From contig CAWHEU010000018.1 of assembly GCA_963828465.1 (NCBI GenBank), positions 64,001 to 128,000 on the forward strand: a stretch of 64,000 nucleotides of DNA, read 5' to 3'. The notes under the pieces are model-generated. The model was not told the DNA's origin. It did not search any database and saw only the letters and a list, made by a program, of their open reading frames with translations. The translations under genes and the position numbers were made by a program. Source of the DNA: an uncultured Acidobacteriota bacterium. GTDB taxonomy: Bacteria > Actinomycetota > Acidimicrobiia > Spongiisociales > ZC4RG35. This document shows positions 39,128-48,317 of the stretch, one piece after another; position 1 is the first letter of the stretch, and every line of letters starts with the position of its first letter.

Positions 39128-40195
39128 GTGGTCCCGATGACTGCCACATCACAATCCAGGCGCGGCTCCGTGAGGAGCCCGTCGATGGAATCCCTGGGGT
39201 TCCTGGACGCGCCTTCCCGCTCGTGGAGCACGCCCTCTTCCACGCCGACCGGTGGGTCGGCGGCGCCCGCGACCAACGGGTCGCAGGTCACAACCCTGGT
39301 GACGGTGCCGCTCGGCCGCCACAGCCCACACAGCGAGCCAACGGGCGAGCTCGTGAAGGACATGTGGGAGACCACCGAGTTGCATGCCCCGTCCCTGCTC
39401 GACTGGACACCCGACGCCTTCGGCACCAAGCACCTCGGCCAGCGCCGCTTTCGCTGGCCCATGGTTCTGTCCCTCATGGCAATCCTCTTGGCCGCGGCCG
39501 GGTTCGCCTATTGGCTCTATCAGGAGCCGGCGAGTTCCGCAGCCGCAGCCCTCGGCGACGTTCGGTCGCAGGCGGAAGCGCTCGCGATAGCGATCGATGA
39601 CGTCGCTCCGCTCGTGAATGGTCTCGACCTGGATCGTCTCCCCGATGCCAATCAGGACGCATCGGTGTTCCTTCCCATGGGCGATAGGGCTCGGGCGATG
39701 TTCGCTGCTTCTGCGGATCTGCCCTCCGATGCCTCCGATGATCGATCGACGGCGGCCGAAGCCGCCGGTCTGGCCATCGACGCCTCCCGTCAGCTGATCG
39801 ACGCCACCGCATACCGCACGGCCCTGGAGCCTGCTCTCACCTTGCCTTTGCTCGAGACCGATCCGGACCTGACCGACATCACAACAGCTACCGACGCATT
39901 CACCGAATGGCGCGCCGGGTTCGAATCCGTCCGGGCCGCGCTTCCCGCCGGCATCGCTGACCAGGCGAGTTCGGCCCTGGAAACCATCAGCGCCGGACTC
40001 GAGACGACCCAAACGGCATATTTGGATGCCATTCGCACAGACAACCGGACCGCCGCCGTCGAGATAGTGGGAACACTCAGGGCGGACCTCTTGGGTGTTC
40101 GACAGGCGATGCTCACCGACATCGGCGCCGTGTCCGACTCGGTGTCCGCCCTCATCGAAGAGGCGCGGACGGATCTCAGCCGCCTACTCGGCTGA
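39128..40195 (+). CDS. Hypothetical single-TM protein with helical C-terminal region
   Basis: 355 aa; TM segment (WPMVLSLMAILLAAAGFAYWLY) followed by Ala-rich helices. Confidence 0.75.
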   Translation: MVPMTATSQSRRGSVRSPSMESLGFLDAPSRSWSTPSSTPTGGSAAPATNGSQVTTLVTVPLGRHSPHSEPTGELVKDMWETTELHAPSLLDWTPDAFGTKHLGQRRFRWPMVLSLMAILLAAAGFAYWLYQEPASSAAAALGDVRSQAEALAIAIDDVAPLVNGLDLDRLPDANQDASVFLPMGDRARAMFAASADLPSDASDDRSTAAEAAGLAIDASRQLIDATAYRTALEPALTLPLLETDPDLTDITTATDAFTEWRAGFESVRAALPAGIADQASSALETISAGLETTQTAYLDAIRTDNRTAAVEIVGTLRADLLGVRQAMLTDIGAVSDSVSALIEEARTDLSRLLG

Positions 40196-40633
40196 CTCCA
40201 GGGCCGCGACCTCCTTCTCGAAGTCAGCGGCACCCTGAAAATCCTTGTAGACCGAGGCGAAGCGCAAATATCCGACTTCATCGAGGGCACGAAGCCGCCG
40301 CAGAACCTCGCGGCCGATCTCCTCGGAGGTCACTTGAGACCCGGCGCCATTGAAAGATGCCTCGACTTCCTCGACCAGACGCTCGATGGTCGAGCTCGAC
40401 ACCGGTCGGTCGGCCAGGGCGGCAGAGATCCCAGCCGCGAGTTTGGCTGCGGAGAAAGGCTCCAAACGGCCGTTCCTCTTCCGGACCATCAGCTGCGGCT
40501 CGAGTCTCTCGTACGTGGTGAACCGCTGGCCACAGCCCTCACACTCGCGACGTCGCCGGATCGACTGGCCACCTTCAGCGGGACGGCTGTCGACGACACG
40601 GGTGCTGGGAGCGCCACAGACCGGGCAGAGCAT
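40184..40633 (-). CDS. nrdR: Transcriptional repressor NrdR
   Basis: CPVC...VVDSR...IRRRRECEGCGQRFTTYE, ATP cone, YLRFASVY. Confidence 0.97.
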   Translation of the reverse strand: MLCPVCGAPSTRVVDSRPAEGGQSIRRRRECEGCGQRFTTYERLEPQLMVRKRNGRLEPFSAAKLAAGISAALADRPVSSSTIERLVEEVEASFNGAGSQVTSEEIGREVLRRLRALDEVGYLRFASVYKDFQGAADFEKEVAALESAE

Positions 40634-40666
40634 GTACGCAGGGTAAACACCGGAGGCGAGTAGCGC

Positions 40667-40948
40667 TCAGGTGGTCGGGATCAACAACACCTGTCCCGGA
40701 AAGATCGAGCCGGCGTCTACATCGCTCAGCCGGGCGATATCGGCGACGAGGCGTCGCACATCCTGATCGGGCCCTGCGTTGGCAGTGGCAATGCCCCAGA
40801 GGGTGTCACCGGATTCGACCACGTATTCGACCGGCGCCGTCGCAGGTCCATCGGCCTGCGCAGAACCACCGATCATGAGGAAGACCACGCAGAGGGCTGC
40901 GAGAAGCAATGACAGCCGGACGGACAGCTGCAGGTTTGCCTTCTGCAT
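40667..40948 (-). CDS. Membrane-anchored LysM protein (ChiZ/YneA-like SOS division inhibitor)
   Basis: TM helix then YVVESGDTLWGIA...IFPGQVLLIP; divergent from lexA; AGGAGG RBS. Confidence 0.88.
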   Translation of the reverse strand: MQKANLQLSVRLSLLLAALCVVFLMIGGSAQADGPATAPVEYVVESGDTLWGIATANAGPDQDVRRLVADIARLSDVDAGSIFPGQVLLIPTT

Positions 40949-41002
40949 TTTGGTCTTCCTCCTGATCGGGCCCTTGCGGGTTACTGGACGCAGTCCGTCA
41001 AC

Positions 41003-41086
41003 CGAACGTGCGTTCGCCACTCTATCGAACAGACGTTCGGTGTCAAGTGCCAATCGAACAGATGTTTGGAAGCGAACTCCTGTTCG
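41003..41086. promoter_or_regulatory. Four LexA boxes in the divergent LysM/lexA promoter region
   Basis: CGAAC-N4-GTTYG at 41003, 41026, 41055, 41073; TTGACA-N16-TAGAGT (minus) and TTGGAA-N17-TAGATT (plus). Confidence 0.9.
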
Positions 41087-41137
41087 ATTAGATTGATGCC
41101 CATCGGAGTCGGTCGAGAGCTCCCGGAAGGAGTCACG

Positions 41138-41758
41138 GTGCTCACGGAACGCCAGCAGCAGGTCCTCGAATACATACGCCAGACGGTGGCTGCCCGGGGC
41201 TATCCCCCGTCGGTGCGCGAGATTGGTGAGGCCATAGGTCTCTCCTCTCCATCGACGGTGCATTCGCACCTCTCGGCCTTGGTGACCGCCGGGGCGATCA
41301 AGCGAGACCCCACCAAGCCGAGGGCGATCATGATCGTGGATGAAGCGGCCGTGATGACCCCTCCGCGTGACGATCGGGTCCGCGATGTGCCGGTGCTGGG
41401 CCGCATCGCTGCCGGCACACCGATCCTGGCCGCCGAACACGTCGAAGAGGTCTTGCCATTGCCCGTCGACCTGGTCGGCAACGATCCGGTGTTCCTGCTC
41501 GAGATCAAGGGGGATTCGATGATCAACGCCGGCATCCTCGAAGGAGACCTGGTGGCGATACGCAGCCAGAAGGACGCCCGCGATGGCGAGATCGTCGCCG
41601 CGCTCATCGATGGCGAGGAAGCAACGGTCAAGAGGCTGCGCCGTCGCGACGGAAAGGTGATTCTCGAGCCTGAGAACCCCGCCTACGAGCCGATGGTCTA
41701 CACAGACGGCGTCGAGTTGGTGGGGAAGGTTGTCGGCGTCGTTCGCCGCTACCCCTAG
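41138..41758 (+). CDS. lexA: SOS repressor LexA
   Basis: LTERQQQVL, GYPPSVREIG, GRIAAG cleavage site, GDSM, EATVKR; GAAGGAG RBS. Confidence 0.97.
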   Translation: MLTERQQQVLEYIRQTVAARGYPPSVREIGEAIGLSSPSTVHSHLSALVTAGAIKRDPTKPRAIMIVDEAAVMTPPRDDRVRDVPVLGRIAAGTPILAAEHVEEVLPLPVDLVGNDPVFLLEIKGDSMINAGILEGDLVAIRSQKDARDGEIVAALIDGEEATVKRLRRRDGKVILEPENPAYEPMVYTDGVELVGKVVGVVRRYP

Positions 41759-42498
41759 TCGAACGCTCCGGTGAAGACGTACTCTGCCGGGCCGGTCAAC
41801 CAGGCGTTCTTGTCCGTGATCTCGACCTGACCCTCTCCCCCACGGACCTCGACCGTGATCGTGCCGTCCGCTCCATCGAGGGCGACGGCTGCGGCCGCCA
41901 CCATGCCAGTGCCACAGGCGAGCGTCTCTCCCACTCCCCTCTCCCAGACCCTCATCTTCACCCGGTCTCCTGTCACCGAGATCACCTCGACGTTGCAACC
42001 GGTGTCAAAGCCTGCCTCGCGCGCCACCAAAGGCCCGATTTGGGCCATGTCGATCGCATCAGGGTCCTCGACCACACGCACCGCATGAGGATTCCCGGTG
42101 TCGACCAATCGGTAGACATGACCGTCGATGGTCTCCTGACCTTCGATGAGGGTGAGTCCGATCTCGCCATCGACCAGGTCTGCACCCACCCGTACCTCTC
42201 GGATGCCGATCGGTGTGTCGACTGCGAAATCGGGGCCATCGACCCAACCCTTGTCGTAGGCGTAACGGGCTACACAACGCAACCCGTTTCCGCACATCTC
42301 TGCGGGGCTGCCGTCGGCGTTCCAGTAATCCATCACGATGGGAGACCCCGGAGACACGACCAAGACGCCATCGGCGCCGACACCGAAGCGTCGGTCGCAG
42401 AGCCGGAGCACATCTTCGACTGCTGGTTTGGCCGGCCCTTCGAGCACGATGAAGTCGTTGCCGAGAGCCTGCATCTTGGTGAACTCGAACCGGCTCAA
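41755..42498 (-). CDS. dapF: Diaminopimelate epimerase
   Basis: KMQALGNDF, NADGSPAEMCGNG, GNPH, ERGVGETLACGTG. Confidence 0.95.
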   Translation of the reverse strand: MSRFEFTKMQALGNDFIVLEGPAKPAVEDVLRLCDRRFGVGADGVLVVSPGSPIVMDYWNADGSPAEMCGNGLRCVARYAYDKGWVDGPDFAVDTPIGIREVRVGADLVDGEIGLTLIEGQETIDGHVYRLVDTGNPHAVRVVEDPDAIDMAQIGPLVAREAGFDTGCNVEVISVTGDRVKMRVWERGVGETLACGTGMVAAAAVALDGADGTITVEVRGGEGQVEITDKNAWLTGPAEYVFTGAFD

Positions 42499-43391
42499 TC
42501 GAAAGCCTCCAAAATCCGCCGCACCCGCTGGTCAGGATCGTCGATCCAGGGTATCCAGCGTATCCGTGGATCACGCTGAAACCACGTGCGCTGCTTTCGC
42601 GCCAGCTTCTTCGTGTTCGAGGCGGCTCTCCCGAAGGCCTCATCGAAGCTCGCCGTACCGGAGAGCGACTCGAGGATCTCCTTGTAGCCGACCGCGTTCC
42701 GGGCGTTGCGGCCCATCACCGGCGATAGCGACCGCACCTCGTCGATCAGGCCTGAGGCCCGCATGCGGGCGAGACGCGTGTCGACGCGTTCTTCCAGCGC
42801 GCTTCCCGGGTCGACGCCGACGGCTGTGAACTCGATCTCGGGCACATACCTGCGTACGTCTTCGGCCACAGCCGTGCCCGCCCTGCTGCTGGGCGTCTCA
42901 CCGGTCAGTCGGTAGATCTCGACCGCTCTGACCACGCGTCGCTGGTTGGCGAGATCGACGATCGTCCTGGCCGACGGATCGAAATGCAGCAACTCTTCGA
43001 CCAGGGCCTCACTCTCGGTCGCCTCCAACTCGGAACGGAGCTCGGGATCGGTGGGAGCGAAGCTGAGGGGATCGACTAGAGCCCTGAAATGGAGACCAGA
43101 TCCGCCGGTGACGATCACGACCGGCGCCCTGGATTCAGCCAGCAATTCCCGGCCCAGTCGACGAAATCGAGCAACAGAGAACTCCTCGCCAGGGTCGGCG
43201 ACGTCGATGAGATGATGTGGGATGCCCCGGCGCTCCAGCATCGTCGGTTTGGCGGTCCCGATGTCCATGCCCCGGTAGACCTGCATCGAGTCGACGGAGA
43301 AGATCTCTGCCTGGAAATGCTCCGCCAGGCGTACGGATGTCTCGGTCTTGCCTGCTGCGGTTGGCCCCAGCAAGGCCAGGAGCCGGGTCAG
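42495..43391 (-). CDS. miaA: tRNA dimethylallyltransferase
   Basis: GPTAAGKT, DSMQVYRGMDIGTAKP, GGSGLH, KQRTWF; start either CTG 43391 or TTG 43373. Confidence 0.94.
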   Translation of the reverse strand: MTRLLALLGPTAAGKTETSVRLAEHFQAEIFSVDSMQVYRGMDIGTAKPTMLERRGIPHHLIDVADPGEEFSVARFRRLGRELLAESRAPVVIVTGGSGLHFRALVDPLSFAPTDPELRSELEATESEALVEELLHFDPSARTIVDLANQRRVVRAVEIYRLTGETPSSRAGTAVAEDVRRYVPEIEFTAVGVDPGSALEERVDTRLARMRASGLIDEVRSLSPVMGRNARNAVGYKEILESLSGTASFDEAFGRAASNTKKLARKQRTWFQRDPRIRWIPWIDDPDQRVRRILEAFD

Positions 43392-44776
43392 ACAGGACTC
43401 CCCACGAGGTGATGCGGGTGGGCTCTCCCGACCTCGACGGTGAGGAAGGAGCCAGCACGATGGGTACCCTCCACATGCACCACTTTGCCGGTCCGGGTGC
43501 GTGTGGTCGCCACTTGTGGGTCTTTGCGCGAAGGGCCCTCACTGAGCACCTCGACCGTCCTGCCCACCAATTCGGCGTTCCTCTCACCCGAGATTCGATT
43601 CTGCATCTCGCTGAGACGGGCGAATCTCTCCTTGATCGTTTCCTCGGGCACGAACTGCTCGGTGAGGTTTGCGGCGGCAGTCCCGGGTCGCGGGGAGAAG
43701 ATGAACATGAAGGCGCTGTCGAACCTGGCCTCCTCGACCATCTCGAGGGTGATGGCGAAGTCGTCGTCCGTCTCCCCCGGGAAGCCGACGATGATGTCTG
43801 TGGACACGGCTAGACCGGGGATGATCTCTCGGGCCATGACCAGCCGCTCGGTGTATTTCTTGCGGTTGTAGCCACGATGCATGGCCCGCAGGATCCGATC
43901 CGAGCCGGATTGGAGCGGGAAGTGGAGGTGCTCGCAGACCTCGTCCGTCTCGGCCATCGCGTGGGCGACGTCCTCACGGAAATCGTTCGGGTGCGGGCTG
44001 GTGAACCGGACACGGCGGATGCCGTCGACCTCACCCACCCGGCGCAACAACTCGGCGAAGATAGGACGACGTTTCCCGTTCAGAGCCAGATCCCGACCGT
44101 AGGTGTCGACGTTCTGCCCGAGGAGGGTGACTTCGACCACACCATCGGCGGCGAGACGCTCCACCTCTCTCACGATGTCGCCGGGTCGACGGGACACCTC
44201 GACGCCACGCACCGAGGGCACGATGCAGAAGGTGCAGGTGTTGTTGCACCCCACCTGGATCGTCACCCAAGCGGAGTGCTCCAGCTCTCTTTTCACGGGA
44301 AGGGAGGAGGGCATGGCCTGGAGCTCGTCCACCACCTCGGTGATCGGGCCCCAGTTCTCGGCATGATCCATGAGGTCGAGGACCCGGTCGAGGTTGTGCG
44401 TCCCCATCACCACGTCGACCCACGGTGCCCGCTCTCGCACGAGGTCGCGGTCCTTCTGGGCGGCACAACCGCCCACGACGAGCATCATTTCCGGGTTGAG
44501 GTCCTTGACCGCCTTCAGCTGGCCCAGGTTGCCGTACATCCGATTGTCCGCGTTCTCCCTGATCGTGCAGGTGTTGATGTAGACCACGTCAGCCGACTCG
44601 AATCCTCCAGCCGGGGACATCCCGTCCATCTCGAAGAGCCCGGCGATCCGCTCGGAATCGTGCTCGTTCATCTGACAGCCAAAGGTGCGGATGAAGTAAC
44701 GCCGGCCGATGCGGGTGGGAATACGGCGGGCCGGTTCGCGCAGGGTCGGATTCGGGAGAAGGACGGTCTGGGTCAT
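43388..44776 (-). CDS. miaB: tRNA-2-methylthio-N6-dimethylallyladenosine synthase
   Basis: TFGCQMNEHDSE, NTCTIRE, GCNNTCTFC, RFTSPHP, TRAM domain. Confidence 0.96.
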   Translation of the reverse strand: MTQTVLLPNPTLREPARRIPTRIGRRYFIRTFGCQMNEHDSERIAGLFEMDGMSPAGGFESADVVYINTCTIRENADNRMYGNLGQLKAVKDLNPEMMLVVGGCAAQKDRDLVRERAPWVDVVMGTHNLDRVLDLMDHAENWGPITEVVDELQAMPSSLPVKRELEHSAWVTIQVGCNNTCTFCIVPSVRGVEVSRRPGDIVREVERLAADGVVEVTLLGQNVDTYGRDLALNGKRRPIFAELLRRVGEVDGIRRVRFTSPHPNDFREDVAHAMAETDEVCEHLHFPLQSGSDRILRAMHRGYNRKKYTERLVMAREIIPGLAVSTDIIVGFPGETDDDFAITLEMVEEARFDSAFMFIFSPRPGTAAANLTEQFVPEETIKERFARLSEMQNRISGERNAELVGRTVEVLSEGPSRKDPQVATTRTRTGKVVHVEGTHRAGSFLTVEVGRAHPHHLVGSPV

Positions 44777-44786
44777 GTTGCCGGCC

Positions 44787-46328
44787 TCAGCGGGCGTAGT
44801 CAGTTGCCCGAAACTCCCGGATCACGGTCACCTGGATCTGACCCGGGTACTGGAGGTCTTCTTCGAGTTTACGGGCGATCCGGCGGGAAAGCTCCCGGGC
44901 CTCCACATCTGAGACATTGCCCGGGTCGACGACGACCCTGACCTCCCGGCCTGCCTGGAGGGCGAAGACATGATCGACACCGGGGAATTCCATGGCGAGC
45001 GTCTCGAGACGCTCGAGACGCTTCACGTAGCCCTCGAGTGTCTCCCTGCGGGCTCCGGGACGGGCCGCGGAAACGGCGTCTGCGGCCTGGACGATGACCG
45101 CCAGAACCGTCCGAGGCTCTACCTCGTTGTGGTGTGCCTCTATGCCATGGACCACAGCAGGGTCCTCGTCGAAGCGACGTGCGATTTCGGCACCGATCAG
45201 GGCATGGGAGCCTTCGACCTCATGGGTTACGGCTTTGCCGAGGTCGTGAAGCAGGGCAGCTCGCTTCACCGGAGTCGGGTCGATTCCCAACTCGGAGGCC
45301 AGCATGGAGGCGATGTGCGCCGTCTCGACGAGATGGTTGAGGACATTCTGGCCGTAAGAGGTCCGGTACTTGAGGCGGCCCATGAGCGTCACGATCTCCG
45401 AGTGCATGCGGGACACACCGGCCTCGACGAGGGCCCACTCACCGGCATCCCGGATGCTCTGCTCCACCTCGGCCTGCGCCTTCTCGTATGCCTCTTCGAT
45501 GGAGGCAGGGTGTATGCGGCCGTCGGCCACCAGCTTCTCCAGGGTGATACGGGCCACCTCGCGCCGGACCGGGTCGAACGAGGACACCGAAACCGCCTCC
45601 GGGGTGTCGTCGACAATGAGGCTGGTCCCGGTCACCGATTCGAGATGTCGGATGTTGCGCCCCTCACGGCCGATGATCCGACCCTTCATGTCGTCGGAGG
45701 GGAGCTGCACCACCGAGACCGTGGTCTCGGTGACCACCTCTGAGGACAGACGCTGGATCGCGGTCGCCAGGATTCGCCGGGCCCGGCGATCGGCCTCCTC
45801 GCGTGCCTTTATCTCGAGGTCGCGAACCACGATCATGGCCTCGCGACGGGCCTCATCCTCGACCTGCGCCAGCATCTCGGTCTTGGCGGCGGTCACGTCG
45901 ATGCCGGCCACCTGCTCGAGACGGAAGCGCGCCTCCTCCTTGAGGCGCTCCAACTCGCCACGGGAGCCATTCAGCTCCTCTTCCCGGTCGATGATCATCT
46001 TCTCCCGCTGGGCGAGATTGGAGGCGCGTTGATCGAGAGTCTCTTCGCGTTGCCCCAGTCTGGATTCGAGATTCGACATCTCGAGACGGCGGTGCTCCAG
46101 ATTGACGTCCTCGCGCTCTCGATAGGCCTCGGCTTTGGCCCGGCCCTCTTCCTCCGCCTTGGACAGAATGCGTTGGGCGTCGAGCCGGGCGCTGGTGACC
46201 ATGTCCTCGGCAGAGACCCCGTCACGCTCCTTGCGACGAGCAATGGCGAGACGGGCAAGGAGATAGCCGAAGCCCAGACCGAGGACGACCCCAAAGATCG
46301 TCAACCCGATGACGGGGATGGTTTCCAT
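44787..46328 (-). CDS. rny: Ribonuclease Y
   Basis: N-terminal TM, coiled coil, KH (MKGRIIGREGRNI), HD (LLHDLGK), SAARPGARRE; start ATG 46328. Confidence 0.96.
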   Translation of the reverse strand: METIPVIGLTIFGVVLGLGFGYLLARLAIARRKERDGVSAEDMVTSARLDAQRILSKAEEEGRAKAEAYREREDVNLEHRRLEMSNLESRLGQREETLDQRASNLAQREKMIIDREEELNGSRGELERLKEEARFRLEQVAGIDVTAAKTEMLAQVEDEARREAMIVVRDLEIKAREEADRRARRILATAIQRLSSEVVTETTVSVVQLPSDDMKGRIIGREGRNIRHLESVTGTSLIVDDTPEAVSVSSFDPVRREVARITLEKLVADGRIHPASIEEAYEKAQAEVEQSIRDAGEWALVEAGVSRMHSEIVTLMGRLKYRTSYGQNVLNHLVETAHIASMLASELGIDPTPVKRAALLHDLGKAVTHEVEGSHALIGAEIARRFDEDPAVVHGIEAHHNEVEPRTVLAVIVQAADAVSAARPGARRETLEGYVKRLERLETLAMEFPGVDHVFALQAGREVRVVVDPGNVSDVEARELSRRIARKLEEDLQYPGQIQVTVIREFRATDYAR

Positions 46329-46343
46329 GGTCGGTCCCCTTTC

Positions 46344-46492
46344 CCGGTCTGGAGAATGAACGTGCCGAGCCCTCTGCCTGATATCTGGCCCGATATCAGG
46401 TCGGTGGCCCGGCACACGAAGAGAAGCTGACTAACGAGGCGGGTCGTTCACCCGTCGGTTCGCTGGCTCCTTCTGTTCACGTCTTCTTCCCG
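46344..46492 (-). ncRNA. Candidate structured 5' leader RNA of rny
   Basis: Nested stems GTGCCGGGCC/GGCTCGGCAC, CCTGATATC/GATATCAGG, CGGGT/ACCCG, GGAGC/GCTTC, closing GTGAAC/GTTCAT. Confidence 0.5.
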
Positions 46493-46559
46493 GTTGCAGT
46501 TCAAAGGTGTGTTCGTGTGAGGTTCCGATGGTACACGCGGATCGCGAAATGGAATACCA

Positions 46560-47657
46560 CTACTCCGTGGCCCCGCTGCCCTCCTCCCCACCGGCCACGA
46601 CCTCCTCGCCGACGGCCGGGTCGGCTTCATCTCCTGGGGCCGACTCCCCGAGGCCGACCAGCTCGTACACCTTGGCCTGGAGCTGCATCGCCACCTCGGG
46701 ATTCTCCCGCAGGAAGCGCTTGGCGTTCTCCCGGCCCTGGCCCAGCTGATCGTCGTCGAAGGTGAACCAGGCTCCGCTCTTGCGGACCACGCCGTGCTCG
46801 ACAGCGACATCGAGCAGACTGCCCTCCCGGGAGATCCCCTCGCCGAACATGATGTCGAACTCGGCGAGCCGGAAGGGTGGGGCCATCTTGTTCTTGGCCA
46901 CCTTGACCTTCACCCGGTTGCCGACGCTCTCGGTCCCGTCCTTGATGGTCTCGATGCGTCGGATGTCGAGACGGACCGTGGCATAGAACTTGAGCGCCCG
47001 CCCCCCGGGGGTGACCTCGGGGCTGCCGTACATCACTCCGATTTTCTCCCGAAGCTGGTTGATGAAGACGGCGGTGGTCCTCGACTTGTTCAAGTTCCCC
47101 GCCAGCTTGCGGAGGGCCTGAGACATGAGCCTCGCCTGGAGCCCGACATGGGAATCACCCATCTCCCCTTCGATCTCGGCGCGGGGAACCAGAGCTGCCA
47201 CCGAGTCGATGACGAGGACGTCGAGTGCCCCGGACCGAATCAGCATGTCGGCGATCTCGAGCGCCTGCTCCCCGGTATCGGGTTGGGAGATGAGCAACTC
47301 GTCGACGTCGACCCCGATCGCCTTGGCGTAGACCGGGTCGAGGGCGTGCTCGGCGTCGATGAAGGCGGCGATCCCGCCGTTGCGCTGGGCCTCGGCCACG
47401 ATGTGGAGGGCGAGGCTGGTCTTGCCCGAGCTCTCCGGCCCGTAGAGCTCGACGATCCGCCCGCGGGGGACACCACCGATGCCCAGGGCGAGGTCGAGGG
47501 AGAGGGCGCCGGTGGAGATCACGTCCACCTTGCGGTTGGCCGCCTCCCCCATCTTCATGATCGCCCCTTTGCCGAACTGACGCTCGATCTGGCTGACCGC
47601 CATGTCCAGTGCTTTGTCTCGTTCCATCTTCGGCTCCTTCTTCGATTCCCCTGGCAC
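46560..47657 (-). CDS. recA: Recombinase A
   Basis: [35 protein letters not shown]. Confidence 0.98.
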   Translation of the reverse strand: MPGESKKEPKMERDKALDMAVSQIERQFGKGAIMKMGEAANRKVDVISTGALSLDLALGIGGVPRGRIVELYGPESSGKTSLALHIVAEAQRNGGIAAFIDAEHALDPVYAKAIGVDVDELLISQPDTGEQALEIADMLIRSGALDVLVIDSVAALVPRAEIEGEMGDSHVGLQARLMSQALRKLAGNLNKSRTTAVFINQLREKIGVMYGSPEVTPGGRALKFYATVRLDIRRIETIKDGTESVGNRVKVKVAKNKMAPPFRLAEFDIMFGEGISREGSLLDVAVEHGVVRKSGAWFTFDDDQLGQGRENAKRFLRENPEVAMQLQAKVYELVGLGESAPGDEADPAVGEEVVAGGEEGSGATE

Positions 47658-47739
47658 GAGTACCTCCGACGATCTGCTATCTCAGCCAAGGTATCTGCCC
47701 GGTGGGACAGATCTTGTCCTGAGTCCTCCGATATTAGAC

Positions 47740-47753
47740 CGAACAGGTGTTCG
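47740..47753. promoter_or_regulatory. LexA box upstream of recA
   Basis: CGAAC-AGGT-GTTCG next to a TAATAT -10 on the minus strand. Confidence 0.9.
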
Positions 47754-47762
47754 TCAGTGGAT

Positions 47763-48317
47763 TTACCGGGTGAGAGGGAAGGTTTCAAGAGGCTCGTATC
47801 TGGCCCCACCCCGCCCGAGATGCGAGCGATAGACCACCACCGACCCGCATCGCCAACCGAGATCGGCACCGGGGAAGGAATCGAGGAGACCGCTCGCGTC
47901 CTCGGCCGGCCGCACCCGACTCAGGGTGAGGTGGGCCCGGAATGGTCGATCCTCCGCACCGAAGCCCGCGCTCTGTGCCGCCTCCTCGGCCGCGGCCGCC
48001 AGGTCCTCGAGCCGGGTCAGGCCTTTGGAGACCGCCAGCCAGATCACGGTGGCGCTCTTCGGCCGGGGGAAGGCTCCCATCCCGCCGAGCATCACATTGA
48101 ATGGGGGGCCTAGGTCCGCCCCGTCGAGCGCGGCCAGCATCCGGTCGTAGGCGACATCATCGGTCCACCCGAGGAAACGGAGCGTGATGTGCCAATGTTC
48201 AGGGGGCACCACTTTCCCGGGCATCTCGAGCGGTTCGAGCCGATCCGCCAGGGCCATCCGGACTTCGTCGGGCAGCGGCACCGCAACGAAGATGCGGGTG
48301 GCTACTCCTTCCACCAT
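47763..48317 (-). CDS. thpR: RNA 2',3'-cyclic phosphodiesterase (2H family)
   Basis: RIFVAV, HITLRFLG, HLTLSR. Confidence 0.92.
   Translation of the reverse strand: MVEGVATRIFVAVPLPDEVRMALADRLEPLEMPGKVVPPEHWHITLRFLGWTDDVAYDRMLAALDGADLGPPFNVMLGGMGAFPRPKSATVIWLAVSKGLTRLEDLAAAAEEAAQSAGFGAEDRPFRAHLTLSRVRPAEDASGLLDSFPGADLGWRCGSVVVYRSHLGRGGARYEPLETFPLTR

Noticed and set aside
41003-41086. Repeated CGAAC...GTTCG units as a mini-CRISPR
   Set aside because: 14-bp palindromes with irregular short spacing next to lexA are SOS boxes; no cas genes or array in the window.
40667-41998. 443-aa LysM protein
   Set aside because: The extension is antisense to lexA and crosses the promoter; the real gene starts near 40948.
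46502-46515. Weak LexA-like sites at the rny leader (CAAAG-GTGT-GTTCG) and at 34501
   Set aside because: Two mismatches in one half-site; too weak to call without a PWM.
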